Shown here: one piece after another, positions 10,185-20,252 of the stretch | Layout of the letters: the number at the start of each line of letters is the position of its first letter | How positions within the stretch are numbered: the first letter of the stretch is position 1 | Virus record (IMG/VR): IMGVR_UViG_3300028559_001021 | Span: 2,746-66,745 of that record | Direction: 5' to 3' (one strand) | Source of the DNA: a virus | Length of the DNA: 64,000 nt | Notes under the pieces: generated by a model | Databases searched by the model: none | Told to the model about the DNA's origin: nothing | The model's input: only the letters and a program-made list of their open reading frames with translations | Made by a program: the position numbers and the translations under genes

Positions 10185-10769
10185 ATGAGAAACCTTATTA
10201 AAAAAATATTGTTTGAAGAATTTCATAATCCAAAAATTTTTTTGGAAGAAATATCATTACGTGAACTTAATAGTTATTTAATTCTATCTGAGGGTAAAAC
10301 TACAGTATCTATTGATCCTAGTAAAAAAGATGCGGTATTTGATTTGATTGAACGATATTATAATGTAACAAATTATACAACAGGTGATAGAGCTCACCGA
10401 GACAAACAAACATCAATTACTTTTGAAATTAACCCTACTGACCATTGGTTAGAAAGATTAGATAGAACCAAGGAAGATGATTATAAAAATCACCCAACTA
10501 TAGTTGATCCAACAACAAACGAGGGGGTTGATTTAATTTTTATATTAAAAGATGATATAATTAAAAAAATATTAAATTTTGATTGGGGGAAACGAACTCT
10601 ATGTTTAAAATTAATCACCATAAATAATGGTAAAATATATACCAATTTAATTAAAATAGAAAAGGATACCTATATAAAAGACCATTATATCATAAATATG
10701 ATTACACATATGAAAGGAGAACCGTTAAAAAATCAAGAATTTAGTAAATGTACCGTTATAAAAAAATAA
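10185..10769 (+). CDS. Hypothetical protein with LIKKILFEE leader; possible nuclease fold
   Basis: Leader shared with other ORFs; TDHWLERLDR motif. Confidence 0.55.
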   Translation: MRNLIKKILFEEFHNPKIFLEEISLRELNSYLILSEGKTTVSIDPSKKDAVFDLIERYYNVTNYTTGDRAHRDKQTSITFEINPTDHWLERLDRTKEDDYKNHPTIVDPTTNEGVDLIFILKDDIIKKILNFDWGKRTLCLKLITINNGKIYTNLIKIEKDTYIKDHYIINMITHMKGEPLKNQEFSKCTVIKK

Positions 10770-10794
10770 AAGGGATACATTTAGTATCCCTTTT
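10768..10794. terminator. Bidirectional intrinsic terminator
   Basis: AAAAGGGATAC-attta-GTATCCCTTTT. Confidence 0.9.
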
Positions 10795-10955
10795 AACCCT
10801 ACTTCTCGATTAAGACACGCCAGTCAGCCTTAGTACTGGAGAGGCAATAGTCACCATCCTTTCAGATGTATTCAGCATAGCTTTCATTTTCGACTACCAA
10901 GGTTTTTTCGACCCCATAACTTTCAAAGGTAAGTCACCAACCATAAAACACTATT
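10768..10955 (-). ncRNA. Putative structured non-coding RNA
   Basis: GC-elevated stretch with no long ORF; GATATTTATA motif at 10963-10972 upstream on the minus strand, terminator downstream; several G-U-containing stems and a GAAA tetraloop. Confidence 0.6.
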
Positions 10956-11071
10956 ATAAACCTATAAATATCCTATTTAGTTCCCAAACTTATTATTTTT
11001 TTCACTAAATATTTTTTCATCAAATCTTATATAAATATAACCACCAACATCATAATAAAGTTCCAAGGTTA

Positions 11072-12745
11072 TCAATTTTCTTTTCTTAATTTTGAATCGT
11101 AATGTTCATATCGGTTATGTTCGGTGGGGGTGATTAATAATAAACCTGGTTTAATATTACCCTTTATTGTTTCTTGGTAACAATAACTCATTAAAGTCTG
11201 TTCAAATGCTTTTTGCCACCTTGTCTCCAAGTAACATTTGTAATTACCCTCCTTACTCAATACAATAGGCCAATTACATAAATAAATCTCACCACTAACA
11301 TAAGGAATACCTTTATGTGATTTTATATATTTAAACTCAGTTCTTGGGGCGTCTATATCGTAACCAAATTTTGGTAACTTTGTTTTGTTCGGCCAATGTT
11401 TTTGTCTGAAATCTTGAGGAACATTATACCATGACCATTGTGTCCCATTGTCACCAAAGAATTCTGTATAGTTTAATTTTAAAAAATCAAAGTTTTCTTT
11501 TTGAATGATTTCCAAACTTTTTCTATATAAACCTTTAACATATCTATTAAAACCATTTTTACAAGTTTCATTTTTTGGATAAAAAAACATATCATCCTCA
11601 AACCAAAAATAATAGTTTAAATCAGTATCGTTAAAATGTTCAGCAACAAATACCCTTCCACCCATTATACCCAAGTTGTCTTTCTTAATATGTTCAAATC
11701 CGTATTGGTCACATAACTCTTTATACCTTGGAGTTGTTGTTAAATCAGTTGAGTTATCCAATAAGAACTTTTTTGGTTTGTTAATAAAATCCTTATCGTA
11801 TTCCAGCATTGATTTAATCAAGGTTTCAAACTGACTTGGGGAATTAAATGATATAACATATAACCCAACCTTATCAATTGATTGATTTGTTATTTTAGGT
11901 AATTCTTTTGTTTCTTTTTTTGGTACTAACTTATCATTCTTTAAATCCTCAAAAAATTTACCCATTAATCCATTTCCCTCAATATCAAAATAAGTTATCA
12001 TATTTGGATACAGATAAGTCATAAGGGTAAAAATACTTTCCTCAGTTCCCATATATCCTTTGGATAATGTATCAACAAGAAGATGATAATATAATGTATT
12101 AATTTCACTTATTGTTTCCTTTTTACCGCCAAAGAAACCACCTCTTGCGACCTTATCTATTTTTGAATTGGTCAAACGATTCATTTCATTGTAATTGAAT
12201 CCGTGAATTTCAGTTGATGCTTCGTAGGGAAAACAAACAAAGTTAAAATCACCCAAATATTTTGGTAACTTATTTAATACTTTATCGTGGGTGAAATAAC
12301 CTGGATGAATTGTATTACATAGACCAGCATCAATCCAAAACATATATTCTGAATCAAATGAGTCATATATCTTTGCATCGTGCAATAAAAACACTTTGGA
12401 CATAACTAGGGGGTTATATAACTCAAGTTTAGCTTGGGTTGAATCTGTTAACCAACCAACTTGATTATACCAATTTGGATTTGTTCTAATGTTTTGTATT
12501 TTATCAAAGTATTCATTATTCTTAAACCAATCTAAATTTCTTAAAATAAATCTTGTGTTGGTTTTATTTCTTTTTTTGAATACAAATTCTTGTAATTCTT
12601 GGTCACCAAAAATTATCATATTTTCCTCAACCTCTAATAGTCTGGAAAACTTATCCAAATAGTGTTGATATGAACGAGACCAACCTTCATTGAGGTTTCC
12701 TCTCCCAATATCCCAAAGTCCTGTTACTAATGTAATTTTACTCAT
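11072..12745 (-). CDS. HtrL/YibB-family domain fused to a GT-A glycosyltransferase-like domain
   Basis: ITLVTGLWDIGR, WIDAG, GGFFGG and TEE motifs; C-terminal FEDD motif. Confidence 0.7.
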   Translation of the reverse strand: MSKITLVTGLWDIGRGNLNEGWSRSYQHYLDKFSRLLEVEENMIIFGDQELQEFVFKKRNKTNTRFILRNLDWFKNNEYFDKIQNIRTNPNWYNQVGWLTDSTQAKLELYNPLVMSKVFLLHDAKIYDSFDSEYMFWIDAGLCNTIHPGYFTHDKVLNKLPKYLGDFNFVCFPYEASTEIHGFNYNEMNRLTNSKIDKVARGGFFGGKKETISEINTLYYHLLVDTLSKGYMGTEESIFTLMTYLYPNMITYFDIEGNGLMGKFFEDLKNDKLVPKKETKELPKITNQSIDKVGLYVISFNSPSQFETLIKSMLEYDKDFINKPKKFLLDNSTDLTTTPRYKELCDQYGFEHIKKDNLGIMGGRVFVAEHFNDTDLNYYFWFEDDMFFYPKNETCKNGFNRYVKGLYRKSLEIIQKENFDFLKLNYTEFFGDNGTQWSWYNVPQDFRQKHWPNKTKLPKFGYDIDAPRTEFKYIKSHKGIPYVSGEIYLCNWPIVLSKEGNYKCYLETRWQKAFEQTLMSYCYQETIKGNIKPGLLLITPTEHNRYEHYDSKLRKEN

Positions 12746-13620
12746 TATTGTTTTATTTCTTCTAAAATCTTATAGAAACTTTTATTTAGTTCTAAATAAT
12801 TTATTGGATAATCGCTTGTTAAATTATCTTCGTGTAACCAAACATCAAAAGAATGTAAATTAAACAAGTTATTATTATCACTAAAAATTAATGACATAAA
12901 TTGTTCTTCTGAATATAATTTATGTTCTGCGTTTGTTACTACTAAAAATAATCTTTCAAATTCAGTTACAAGTTCTTTTAACCTTTCTTGTTTACCTCCA
13001 AATAATCCACCAATAATGTGTAATGAACTATCGTAATTTTTATAAAACTTACTTGGGATTGTATTAGACCAATAGTTAGAACCAATATTTGATTTACCAA
13101 TCAAAAATAATTTATCCTTACTTTTATCTATTAAATTAGATAAAAATTTATTATCAAATAAATTAGAATTAAAATATCTTTGATAACTATGATTGTTAAT
13201 TAAATGTTTATCTGGCAATATACCAGTATGACTTATTCCAGCATCAATCCAAAAACAATAATCGTAGTCAAACTTATTTTGTAAAAACCAAAAGAATTTA
13301 TTATATTGTATCTCAAAACATCTATCACCATTTATTACACTTTCGACATCCTTAAATTTTGATATTACATCAAAGTGTTTGGTACTTTTTAAATCAAACA
13401 CAACAAATTCCAATCTATTTTTAGGGATTTTATTTTGGTTATAAAAAAAATCTTCCAATACTTTTTTTTCCTCAAAACTAGTATAACAAACAAAATCAGC
13501 GTCAGACATTCTTAATAACGACAATAAACTAAATTTATATTGTTCAAATCTACTAGGTCTTCCACCAAATTCACTTCCATATAAATTTCCGTATATACAA
13601 GTCAAGAATAATATTTTCAT
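12745..13620 (-). CDS. HtrL/YibB-like protein
   Basis: WIDAG, IGGLFGG and SEEQ motifs; paralogous to its neighbour. Confidence 0.65.
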   Translation of the reverse strand: MKILFLTCIYGNLYGSEFGGRPSRFEQYKFSLLSLLRMSDADFVCYTSFEEKKVLEDFFYNQNKIPKNRLEFVVFDLKSTKHFDVISKFKDVESVINGDRCFEIQYNKFFWFLQNKFDYDYCFWIDAGISHTGILPDKHLINNHSYQRYFNSNLFDNKFLSNLIDKSKDKLFLIGKSNIGSNYWSNTIPSKFYKNYDSSLHIIGGLFGGKQERLKELVTEFERLFLVVTNAEHKLYSEEQFMSLIFSDNNNLFNLHSFDVWLHEDNLTSDYPINYLELNKSFYKILEEIKQ

Positions 13621-13663
13621 TTTTTGTTCACAAATTTTATATGTTCACGCTCCGTGAACAAGA

Positions 13664-14908
13664 TTATAAATTACCAACTATTCTATCACACCACCCCTTT
13701 GATTTTGAATGAGGCCAAACAACCCAATATGATGGTTTCTCAACGGTTTGGAATTCTCTCCATACCTTACAATACCCCTCATCATTTAACATTCTATTAA
13801 CTTCATTCTCATCTGCGTCTTGTCTGAATAATGTTTCATCTTTTTTATTGTGGAAAGCCACCACCCAAAAATCATAATCCTTTTCTTGTACTTGACTAAA
13901 ATGAATATCAATACAATGTTTGAATATACTTGAAAAACTTTTGACATAATCTTCATCATTATCATAACTTAGATTGGGGGGATATTTCTTATCCAAGGTA
14001 TATTGTTGTACTCCCCTTATATTAAATTTAATTCCAGCGTATTTCTCAAAGTCTTCCAATGTCCTTTCAGTTCCAAAACCATAAATCCCAAAATCATTTG
14101 GATTAAATACTTCACCATCCATACCAAATAACTTTCTGTTTCTTAGATGGGATGCTTCATTTTTCTTAAACCATACCTTATCATCATCCCATTGTTTAAC
14201 TCTGTTTTTTCTTTGATATTCATGCCAAATTACAACTTTATGTGGATGAAACAAATCATATCCGTGAGTATACGCTCTTACACCAACTGAAATTTCCTCC
14301 CCGTGAAAATAATAATTGGGGTCGTGTTGAACTTCTTTACTGAATTGTCCTAATGTAAAACAGAAATGAGCAGAATAGAATCTGGCTTTTATTGGTTTTG
14401 TCATTTCTCTCCATCCTGGAATTACTTCAGGTAAAAAGAAAACAGCACCTTCAGGTATAAATCTATCAAATGTCATTCTCCAAGGTTCAGTAACCCTACC
14501 TTGTGGGTCATTGTCTGGGTCAAATGATGAAACATATCCTGTTAGTAATGGTTTGGGATATCCTTTAGATTGTAAGTCCTTAATCATATTAATTAAGGTT
14601 TCATCCCAATCTTGTTCAAATCTCATATGAGAATCTAGTTGGAGTGTATATTCTTCATTGTTATATAATTGTTGTATTTTATTTCTAGCCCAACAAGCCC
14701 CCATACTTTCATCACATAGAACATTAATTATTCTAAATCGTTTATCACTTTCAAACTCCTTTATATTAAATTCATCACTCGGATGATATTGGTTACAAAT
14801 ACCAAAAATTAAATTATTTGGGTATTTTGAATTATCTATACAATCTTTAATTGTTATACTGAGTTGGGGGTCTCGGTAACTAGCAATCTGTATGAAAATT
14901 TTATCCAT
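13664..14908 (-). CDS. GT60-like polypeptide/hydroxyproline alpha-GlcNAc transferase
   Basis: IFIQIASYRD, GACWAR, QLDSHMRF..WD and FHGEE motifs typical of the Gnt1/GT60 family. Confidence 0.8.
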   Translation of the reverse strand: MDKIFIQIASYRDPQLSITIKDCIDNSKYPNNLIFGICNQYHPSDEFNIKEFESDKRFRIINVLCDESMGACWARNKIQQLYNNEEYTLQLDSHMRFEQDWDETLINMIKDLQSKGYPKPLLTGYVSSFDPDNDPQGRVTEPWRMTFDRFIPEGAVFFLPEVIPGWREMTKPIKARFYSAHFCFTLGQFSKEVQHDPNYYFHGEEISVGVRAYTHGYDLFHPHKVVIWHEYQRKNRVKQWDDDKVWFKKNEASHLRNRKLFGMDGEVFNPNDFGIYGFGTERTLEDFEKYAGIKFNIRGVQQYTLDKKYPPNLSYDNDEDYVKSFSSIFKHCIDIHFSQVQEKDYDFWVVAFHNKKDETLFRQDADENEVNRMLNDEGYCKVWREFQTVEKPSYWVVWPHSKSKGWCDRIVGNL

Positions 14909-14952
14909 ATTTTTTTAATTAAAAATATGAAAAATTAAAATTAAGGAAACTA

Positions 14953-15745
14953 TCAAGTAATTATTTTACTACCTTTACTGATATTATCAAAAGGCCACAA
15001 AGGTTGTAAATTAGAATGGTGACAAAGTTTAATTAACTCTTGTTCGTCTTTAGCTGATGATAGTGGAATAATGTGGTCAATATGCCAACCATGAACACCA
15101 TAATTTTCCCAAGTCATACCATCAGTAAATTTGGATTCAATATATTCTTTTAGTTCAATGGCAGATAAGCCTACTATGTGTATAGTGTGTGTATTTTCAG
15201 ACGACTTGTTATATCTTAAATAATTTTTAACTCTACATCTGTAGTTAGCCATCAATTTTAGATGTGGATTCTCCTTAAATCTATTTCTTTCATTTTCTCT
15301 AACTAATTCCTTATTTGACTCTCTTTTCTCTCGTCTTTTTCTATTTATTTCTTCTCTATTTTTTTCTCTATATTCTTTACCTAATTCTAAAAGTCGTTCT
15401 CTATTTTTTTCTCTATATTCTTTTTTATTAAGATTAGTAATATCCTTATGTTTTTCATAAGTTTTCTTCTTAGATTCTTTTACTTTTTCCTTATTCTTTT
15501 CTTTCCACAACTTATCATAATTTGGATTAATTTTTCTCCATTCTTTATTTTTCTCTAAAAGTAATTCTTTGTTTTTTAACCTATATTCTTTAATTCTATT
15601 ATAATTCTTTTCTTTATCTTCTTTAGATTCTATTTTTCTACACTCTTTACATCTACTTTGTAAACCATCTTTATTGGTTATTATTTTTACCAAAATAAAC
15701 TAAATCCTTTTCAATGTGACATTTACTACAAATCTTTTTTTCCAT
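14953..15745 (-). pseudogene. HNH homing endonuclease with a frameshifted N-terminus
   Basis: GMTWENYG..WHIDHIIPLSSA..LCHHSNLQPLW; the first CxxC (MEKKICSKC, ATG 15745) is one base out of frame with CKEC. Confidence 0.75.
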
Positions 15746-15769
15746 AAATAATGTTTATTATAAATATCA

Positions 15770-16303
15770 CTATGGACTACTCGGAGTTGGTGTCATTGTT
15801 GGTGTTGTGGATATTGTTGGAGTAATTGCAATACAACTATTTGATATACAATTATCACCAATATAAATGTCACAATCTGAAACATTAATTGGATTTGTTC
15901 CACAATAATATAATGTTGTTCCGGTATTAATTGGTAACACACTTGTAACCGTTCCATCACATTGTGTAAAATAAAATGAACCGATTGTTACTCCTGTATT
16001 TGTAATCTGAATACATCTACAAGTCCCAGTTGGTGTTGGTGTTGGAGTAGGTGTAAATGATGGTGTTGGTGTTGGAGTTGGGGGGCAACTATAAGGATAA
16101 AATATTTGACATCCATTACTATCAGTAACCTTAACAATAACACTATCGGCGACATCTAATGGTGGTGGAACATCAAATATAAATGTTGGAGGAATGGTTG
16201 TTGAACCTGTGACTAAATAACAATATGTTAGTGTCACATCACATACTGTGATTGAATATGGGGGTGTTCCGGTAACCGCTGATATTGATATTTGATGTGG
16301 CAT
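15770..16303 (-). CDS. Virion-associated protein with Pro/Thr linkers and a Cys-rich domain
   Basis: PTPTPTPSFTPTPTPT linker; multiple Cys. Confidence 0.65.
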   Translation of the reverse strand: MPHQISISAVTGTPPYSITVCDVTLTYCYLVTGSTTIPPTFIFDVPPPLDVADSVIVKVTDSNGCQIFYPYSCPPTPTPTPSFTPTPTPTPTGTCRCIQITNTGVTIGSFYFTQCDGTVTSVLPINTGTTLYYCGTNPINVSDCDIYIGDNCISNSCIAITPTISTTPTMTPTPSSP

Positions 16304-16309
16304 TAAATT

Positions 16310-16525
16310 TTAATGTAAAGGTGGTGATGGTTTTGGATTATATGTTATTAATGGTAAATCTTTTACCCACATAAATTCTGGATTTATATTATATTCCATT
16401 TCTTCAATAGATATAATCCAATTATCATCAATATCTTGTATAGGATTAAAATAACTATCAGTGTCATATGTTTGTCCCACCAATTGATTTTTTTCTGTTT
16501 CTGTTAATAGTCCTACTTGTGTCAT
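16310..16525 (-). CDS. Small hypothetical protein, possible fibre partner
   Basis: 71 aa, ATGA-coupled to 16522..17298. Confidence 0.7.
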   Translation of the reverse strand: MTQVGLLTETEKNQLVGQTYDTDSYFNPIQDIDDNWIISIEEMEYNINPEFMWVKDLPLITYNPKPSPPLH

Positions 16526-17298
16526 ACTTGTCGGCTTAAAGTTGTTTGATATGTTTGTACTGCTGTGTAAAAATTTGCAGCTTCGGTATCTGTAAGACCG
16601 TCACCCAAACTTGCAAAAGCGCATTGTTTTGAAGTTGGATAATCAATCCCTGTATTATTAAAATTTCTTGCACCAATATAAATAGGGTAAATAGAAAAAC
16701 CAGTCGCATCATTTACAGTACTTGTTGCTTGACTTACTCCATTTCTATAACCTTCTCTATCATTATTTGCTCTTTGTGTACCTAACCAAAAACCTCTTGC
16801 ATCTGTTGTTGTTGTAAATGATACCGTAGAAACTGTATCTCCTAAAATATAATTAACAGCTGGTCTGATTTGCAATAATTTATTTGGCGGATATTGAAAT
16901 ACACCCATTTCAATTTGTGTATTTACGGCTAAAGTTCTTGAATAAAAACAAAAATGATTTGTTGTAAATGCAGTTCCATTTAAAAAAGTATTTGCATATC
17001 CATTAATACCATTTGGCAACGCCCCTGTACTACTATGTGTCCAACCACCATTAAACACCAGCCTAAACGCTGCATTTGTATCTAAAGGATTTTTAAGATT
17101 AAATTTATGTGTTGTTGATGTTCCTCCAACAAAAGGATACACTGCCTTCATCTTAACCCAAATATTAAAACCTTTTAAACTAATAACAAGATTATTAATA
17201 GCATTTTGTTGTGTACTATTTGTAATACCAGCCGCAGTAATAAAGGCTTGAGCATCTGCATCAAACCCTGATACAAACACAAATGAATTAATTATCAT
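16522..17298 (-). CDS. Concanavalin/LamG-like lectin-fold protein
   Basis: Beta-rich; YRNG, IYIGARN and GLTDTEA.N patterns. Confidence 0.55.
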   Translation of the reverse strand: MIINSFVFVSGFDADAQAFITAAGITNSTQQNAINNLVISLKGFNIWVKMKAVYPFVGGTSTTHKFNLKNPLDTNAAFRLVFNGGWTHSSTGALPNGINGYANTFLNGTAFTTNHFCFYSRTLAVNTQIEMGVFQYPPNKLLQIRPAVNYILGDTVSTVSFTTTTDARGFWLGTQRANNDREGYRNGVSQATSTVNDATGFSIYPIYIGARNFNNTGIDYPTSKQCAFASLGDGLTDTEAANFYTAVQTYQTTLSRQV

Positions 17299-19520
17299 AC
17301 TCTTATACCGATTAAAGTTACTTTTAGTCCTGTTGCCGTACCATTCCCCACTAAATCTACATCAATTGTTATTTCAGAGTCATCAGTCAAAGATGTGGTT
17401 GATATTACAGCTGGGGTTGCCGCAGTTGTTGATGTTTTTTCTGTATTATCAATAGTTAATTTTGTTGATAACACTGAACTACCATTTTGATTAATATCAA
17501 CAGTAAATGTACTCCCCGATGATTGTGCCGTTGTTAATGACGCCCTAACCGCAGTTAAAGTAACACCACAAGGCATTCTAAATGTTGTCTTAGTATTCCC
17601 AGTCGTGATAGGAGTTGTTTCATCAGAAGCAGCCGCTGTTAGATTAAATGGGAGATTATTATATGTAGTTGCAGATATTGTATTTGAGGTTACCCCATTT
17701 GTAAAATTAGTACTACCAGTCACAGTCCCTCCAGTAAATAAAGGTATTTGTTGCCAAGTACCATTACCACTAACATCTGAAGTTAAAACATATCCATTTG
17801 TCGCTCCTGATGTTATTTGAATACTTGTTGTCTTTGTTTTACCGGCAATGTCCAATTTTTCAGATGGTGAACTAGTACCAATACCAACATTACCAAGATT
17901 ATCAATCCTCATCCTTTCTGAATTATCTCCAACATTCAAGGTATTAAAAACTAAAACACCAGTCTCTGCACCTATGGTACTTGATATACCTAAACCTACA
18001 ATGGAAGCTCTGTCAATATATACCGAACCATTATTTGATACTGTAAACGCTAATCCACGTTGATTGACAGGATCAAATGAATATCTGTGAAAATTAGCAC
18101 CAGCCCCCTCAACACCAAATGAACCTCTAGGCGATAAATTACTACCACCTAAACTTGTTCTATATGTCGGACTAGTAGCACTTGTACCACCCAAGGAAAC
18201 AAATTGACCTCCAACAATTGTATTTCCTGATGAAAATATTGTTACACCAGTTATAGTTGTGGCGGAAAATGTGTTTGCCGATAAACCATTTGTAAAATCA
18301 GTAGCCCCGCTAACAGTTCCTCCCGTGAATGTACCTGAACCTCCTCCAGTACTAAATCCTGTTACATTGAATGTTCCCCCACTATTATTTGTAAATGTGG
18401 CAGTACCGGCAGAATAAGTTCCTCCCGTAACAAAAACATCCAAAGGCAAATTCTGATATGTTCCAGCTGATATTGTTGTTGCCGTCAATCCTTCTAATAA
18501 TGTATTACCTGTTACACTTAAATCACCATTGATAGTTAATCCTGTAACATCATTAAATGTAGTATCAAAGGTACTACCTGAGTTATCCCCAATTGTAAAT
18601 GTATTGTTATTATAACTAAAACCAGTAATATATGTATCAGGGTCTATTGGAAGATTTTGATATGTTGTAGCGGATATGACTTCACTATAAGTTGTACCCG
18701 TAACATTCAAGTCACCATTAATTGTCAATCCAGTGAAAGTATCAACCAATACCGAAAATGAATTTCCACTATTTTGGAAGATTGTTAATGTATTATCTCC
18801 GTAAGTAAAACCTGTAATAAATGTATCAAAGGATGATATTCCTGACACCCCAAATGTTCCACCACTATTATTAATAAATGTAATTACACCCCCACTAAAT
18901 GTCCCTCCTGTGACAAAAATATCCAAGGGTAAGTTCTGATATGTTCCTGCAGATATTGTTGTTGCAGTTAACCCATTTAATGTTGTATCCCCAGTGACAC
19001 TTAAATCGCCATTGACAGTTAACCCAGTGACATCATTTATTGTTACGGTTAAGTTTGGATTACCAAAACTTCTCTCAATTGTAAATGTATTGTTTGAATA
19101 TGAATATCCTGAGACATAAACATCAGATGGTAACCCCAAATACGTGGAAGCTGAAAATGTATTTGCGGTTAAACCATTTGTAAATATTGTATCACCAGTT
19201 ACAGTACCACCTGATAATGATAGATAATCACCACTTATAGTTCCACCACTATTTCCGGTATTAAATAAACTCCAATCCGTTATTGTACCATTCCAAGGGG
19301 GGATATTTAGTTTATAATAAGTAGTCCCACCACTTACACCCACAACCATACCTGCTCTTCTTCTTAATGTTGGTATATTATTTAAATCGGTTAATGTATT
19401 AACATTTCTAAAACCATCAATACCATATAATGGGTCAATAACTGGGTATTGATCCGTAGTATCACTTGGAGAAATAAATCCAAAAACTTGCACACCACCT
19501 GATAAACTAAATGAACTCAT
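17295..19520 (-). CDS. Tail fibre protein with TGGT/ISATTY repeats
   Basis: Repeated ISA.TYQNLP.D.FVTGGT units; ERMRI...GNVGIGT fibre motif. Confidence 0.75.
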   Translation of the reverse strand: MSSFSLSGGVQVFGFISPSDTTDQYPVIDPLYGIDGFRNVNTLTDLNNIPTLRRRAGMVVGVSGGTTYYKLNIPPWNGTITDWSLFNTGNSGGTISGDYLSLSGGTVTGDTIFTNGLTANTFSASTYLGLPSDVYVSGYSYSNNTFTIERSFGNPNLTVTINDVTGLTVNGDLSVTGDTTLNGLTATTISAGTYQNLPLDIFVTGGTFSGGVITFINNSGGTFGVSGISSFDTFITGFTYGDNTLTIFQNSGNSFSVLVDTFTGLTINGDLNVTGTTYSEVISATTYQNLPIDPDTYITGFSYNNNTFTIGDNSGSTFDTTFNDVTGLTINGDLSVTGNTLLEGLTATTISAGTYQNLPLDVFVTGGTYSAGTATFTNNSGGTFNVTGFSTGGGSGTFTGGTVSGATDFTNGLSANTFSATTITGVTIFSSGNTIVGGQFVSLGGTSATSPTYRTSLGGSNLSPRGSFGVEGAGANFHRYSFDPVNQRGLAFTVSNNGSVYIDRASIVGLGISSTIGAETGVLVFNTLNVGDNSERMRIDNLGNVGIGTSSPSEKLDIAGKTKTTSIQITSGATNGYVLTSDVSGNGTWQQIPLFTGGTVTGSTNFTNGVTSNTISATTYNNLPFNLTAAASDETTPITTGNTKTTFRMPCGVTLTAVRASLTTAQSSGSTFTVDINQNGSSVLSTKLTIDNTEKTSTTAATPAVISTTSLTDDSEITIDVDLVGNGTATGLKVTLIGIRV

Positions 19521-19538
19521 TATTCTTTTTTTATTTTA

Positions 19539-20249
19539 TTAACACATCCATACATTTACTGAACCAACAAATGGAATAGATGTTCTATATATATTGTATG
19601 TTATGCTAAAACCATTAGCGTCTATTATAAATATCGTCCCAATATTATTAAATGGAACGTTGAATCCAAAACATCCACCACTACTATCTCTAAATTCAAT
19701 TGGTTGAGTTAATCCTGTTGGTATTAGTATATAACCATACTCCGGTGTCAAACCAGTTGGTAATATACGATAACTATTAGTTGGATTTGTAGTATAACCG
19801 CTACTCAATAAATTAGTATCACCAGATGTAATTGATGTCCCACTAAATTTACCCCAATATATTTTTGAATTTTCTGGAGTTGGTGATGATGATGGTGTTG
19901 GTGTATGCGTTGGCGTTGGTGTTGGACTAATACTACAAGGGTTAAATGACGGACTAGGTGTTGGTGTTTGAGTCGGTGTTGGTGTAACCGTTCTAGTTGG
20001 TGTTACAGTTGGTGTTGGAGTTGGTGTTGGTCTTGGTACTGTTAAAATACTTGGACAATCTCCACTCACAACCAATATTGTATAAGTCCCATATACTTCC
20101 AATGGGGGTGTTAATAAACTTGGTTGGAATGAGAATGGTAATGTAACTGCACCTAAGTTTATTACATTCTCAGTTCCTTGTGGTGTAAATACAACACTCG
20201 CTAATTCCCCATCATAGTTAATACTACTAATTACAATTGATTGACTCAT
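19539..20249 (-). CDS. Virion-associated protein with a long Pro/Thr linker
   Basis: ~50-aa PTPTPT/PSPS tract between two beta domains. Confidence 0.65.
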   Translation of the reverse strand: MSQSIVISSINYDGELASVVFTPQGTENVINLGAVTLPFSFQPSLLTPPLEVYGTYTILVVSGDCPSILTVPRPTPTPTPTVTPTRTVTPTPTQTPTPSPSFNPCSISPTPTPTHTPTPSSSPTPENSKIYWGKFSGTSITSGDTNLLSSGYTTNPTNSYRILPTGLTPEYGYILIPTGLTQPIEFRDSSGGCFGFNVPFNNIGTIFIIDANGFSITYNIYRTSIPFVGSVNVWMC

Positions 20250-20252
20250 ATA

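Noticed and set aside
10768-10955. Canonical tRNA, full tmRNA or hammerhead ribozyme
   Set aside because: No T-arm (GTTCRA), acceptor stem or CCA end; no CUGAnGA core in the right stem context.
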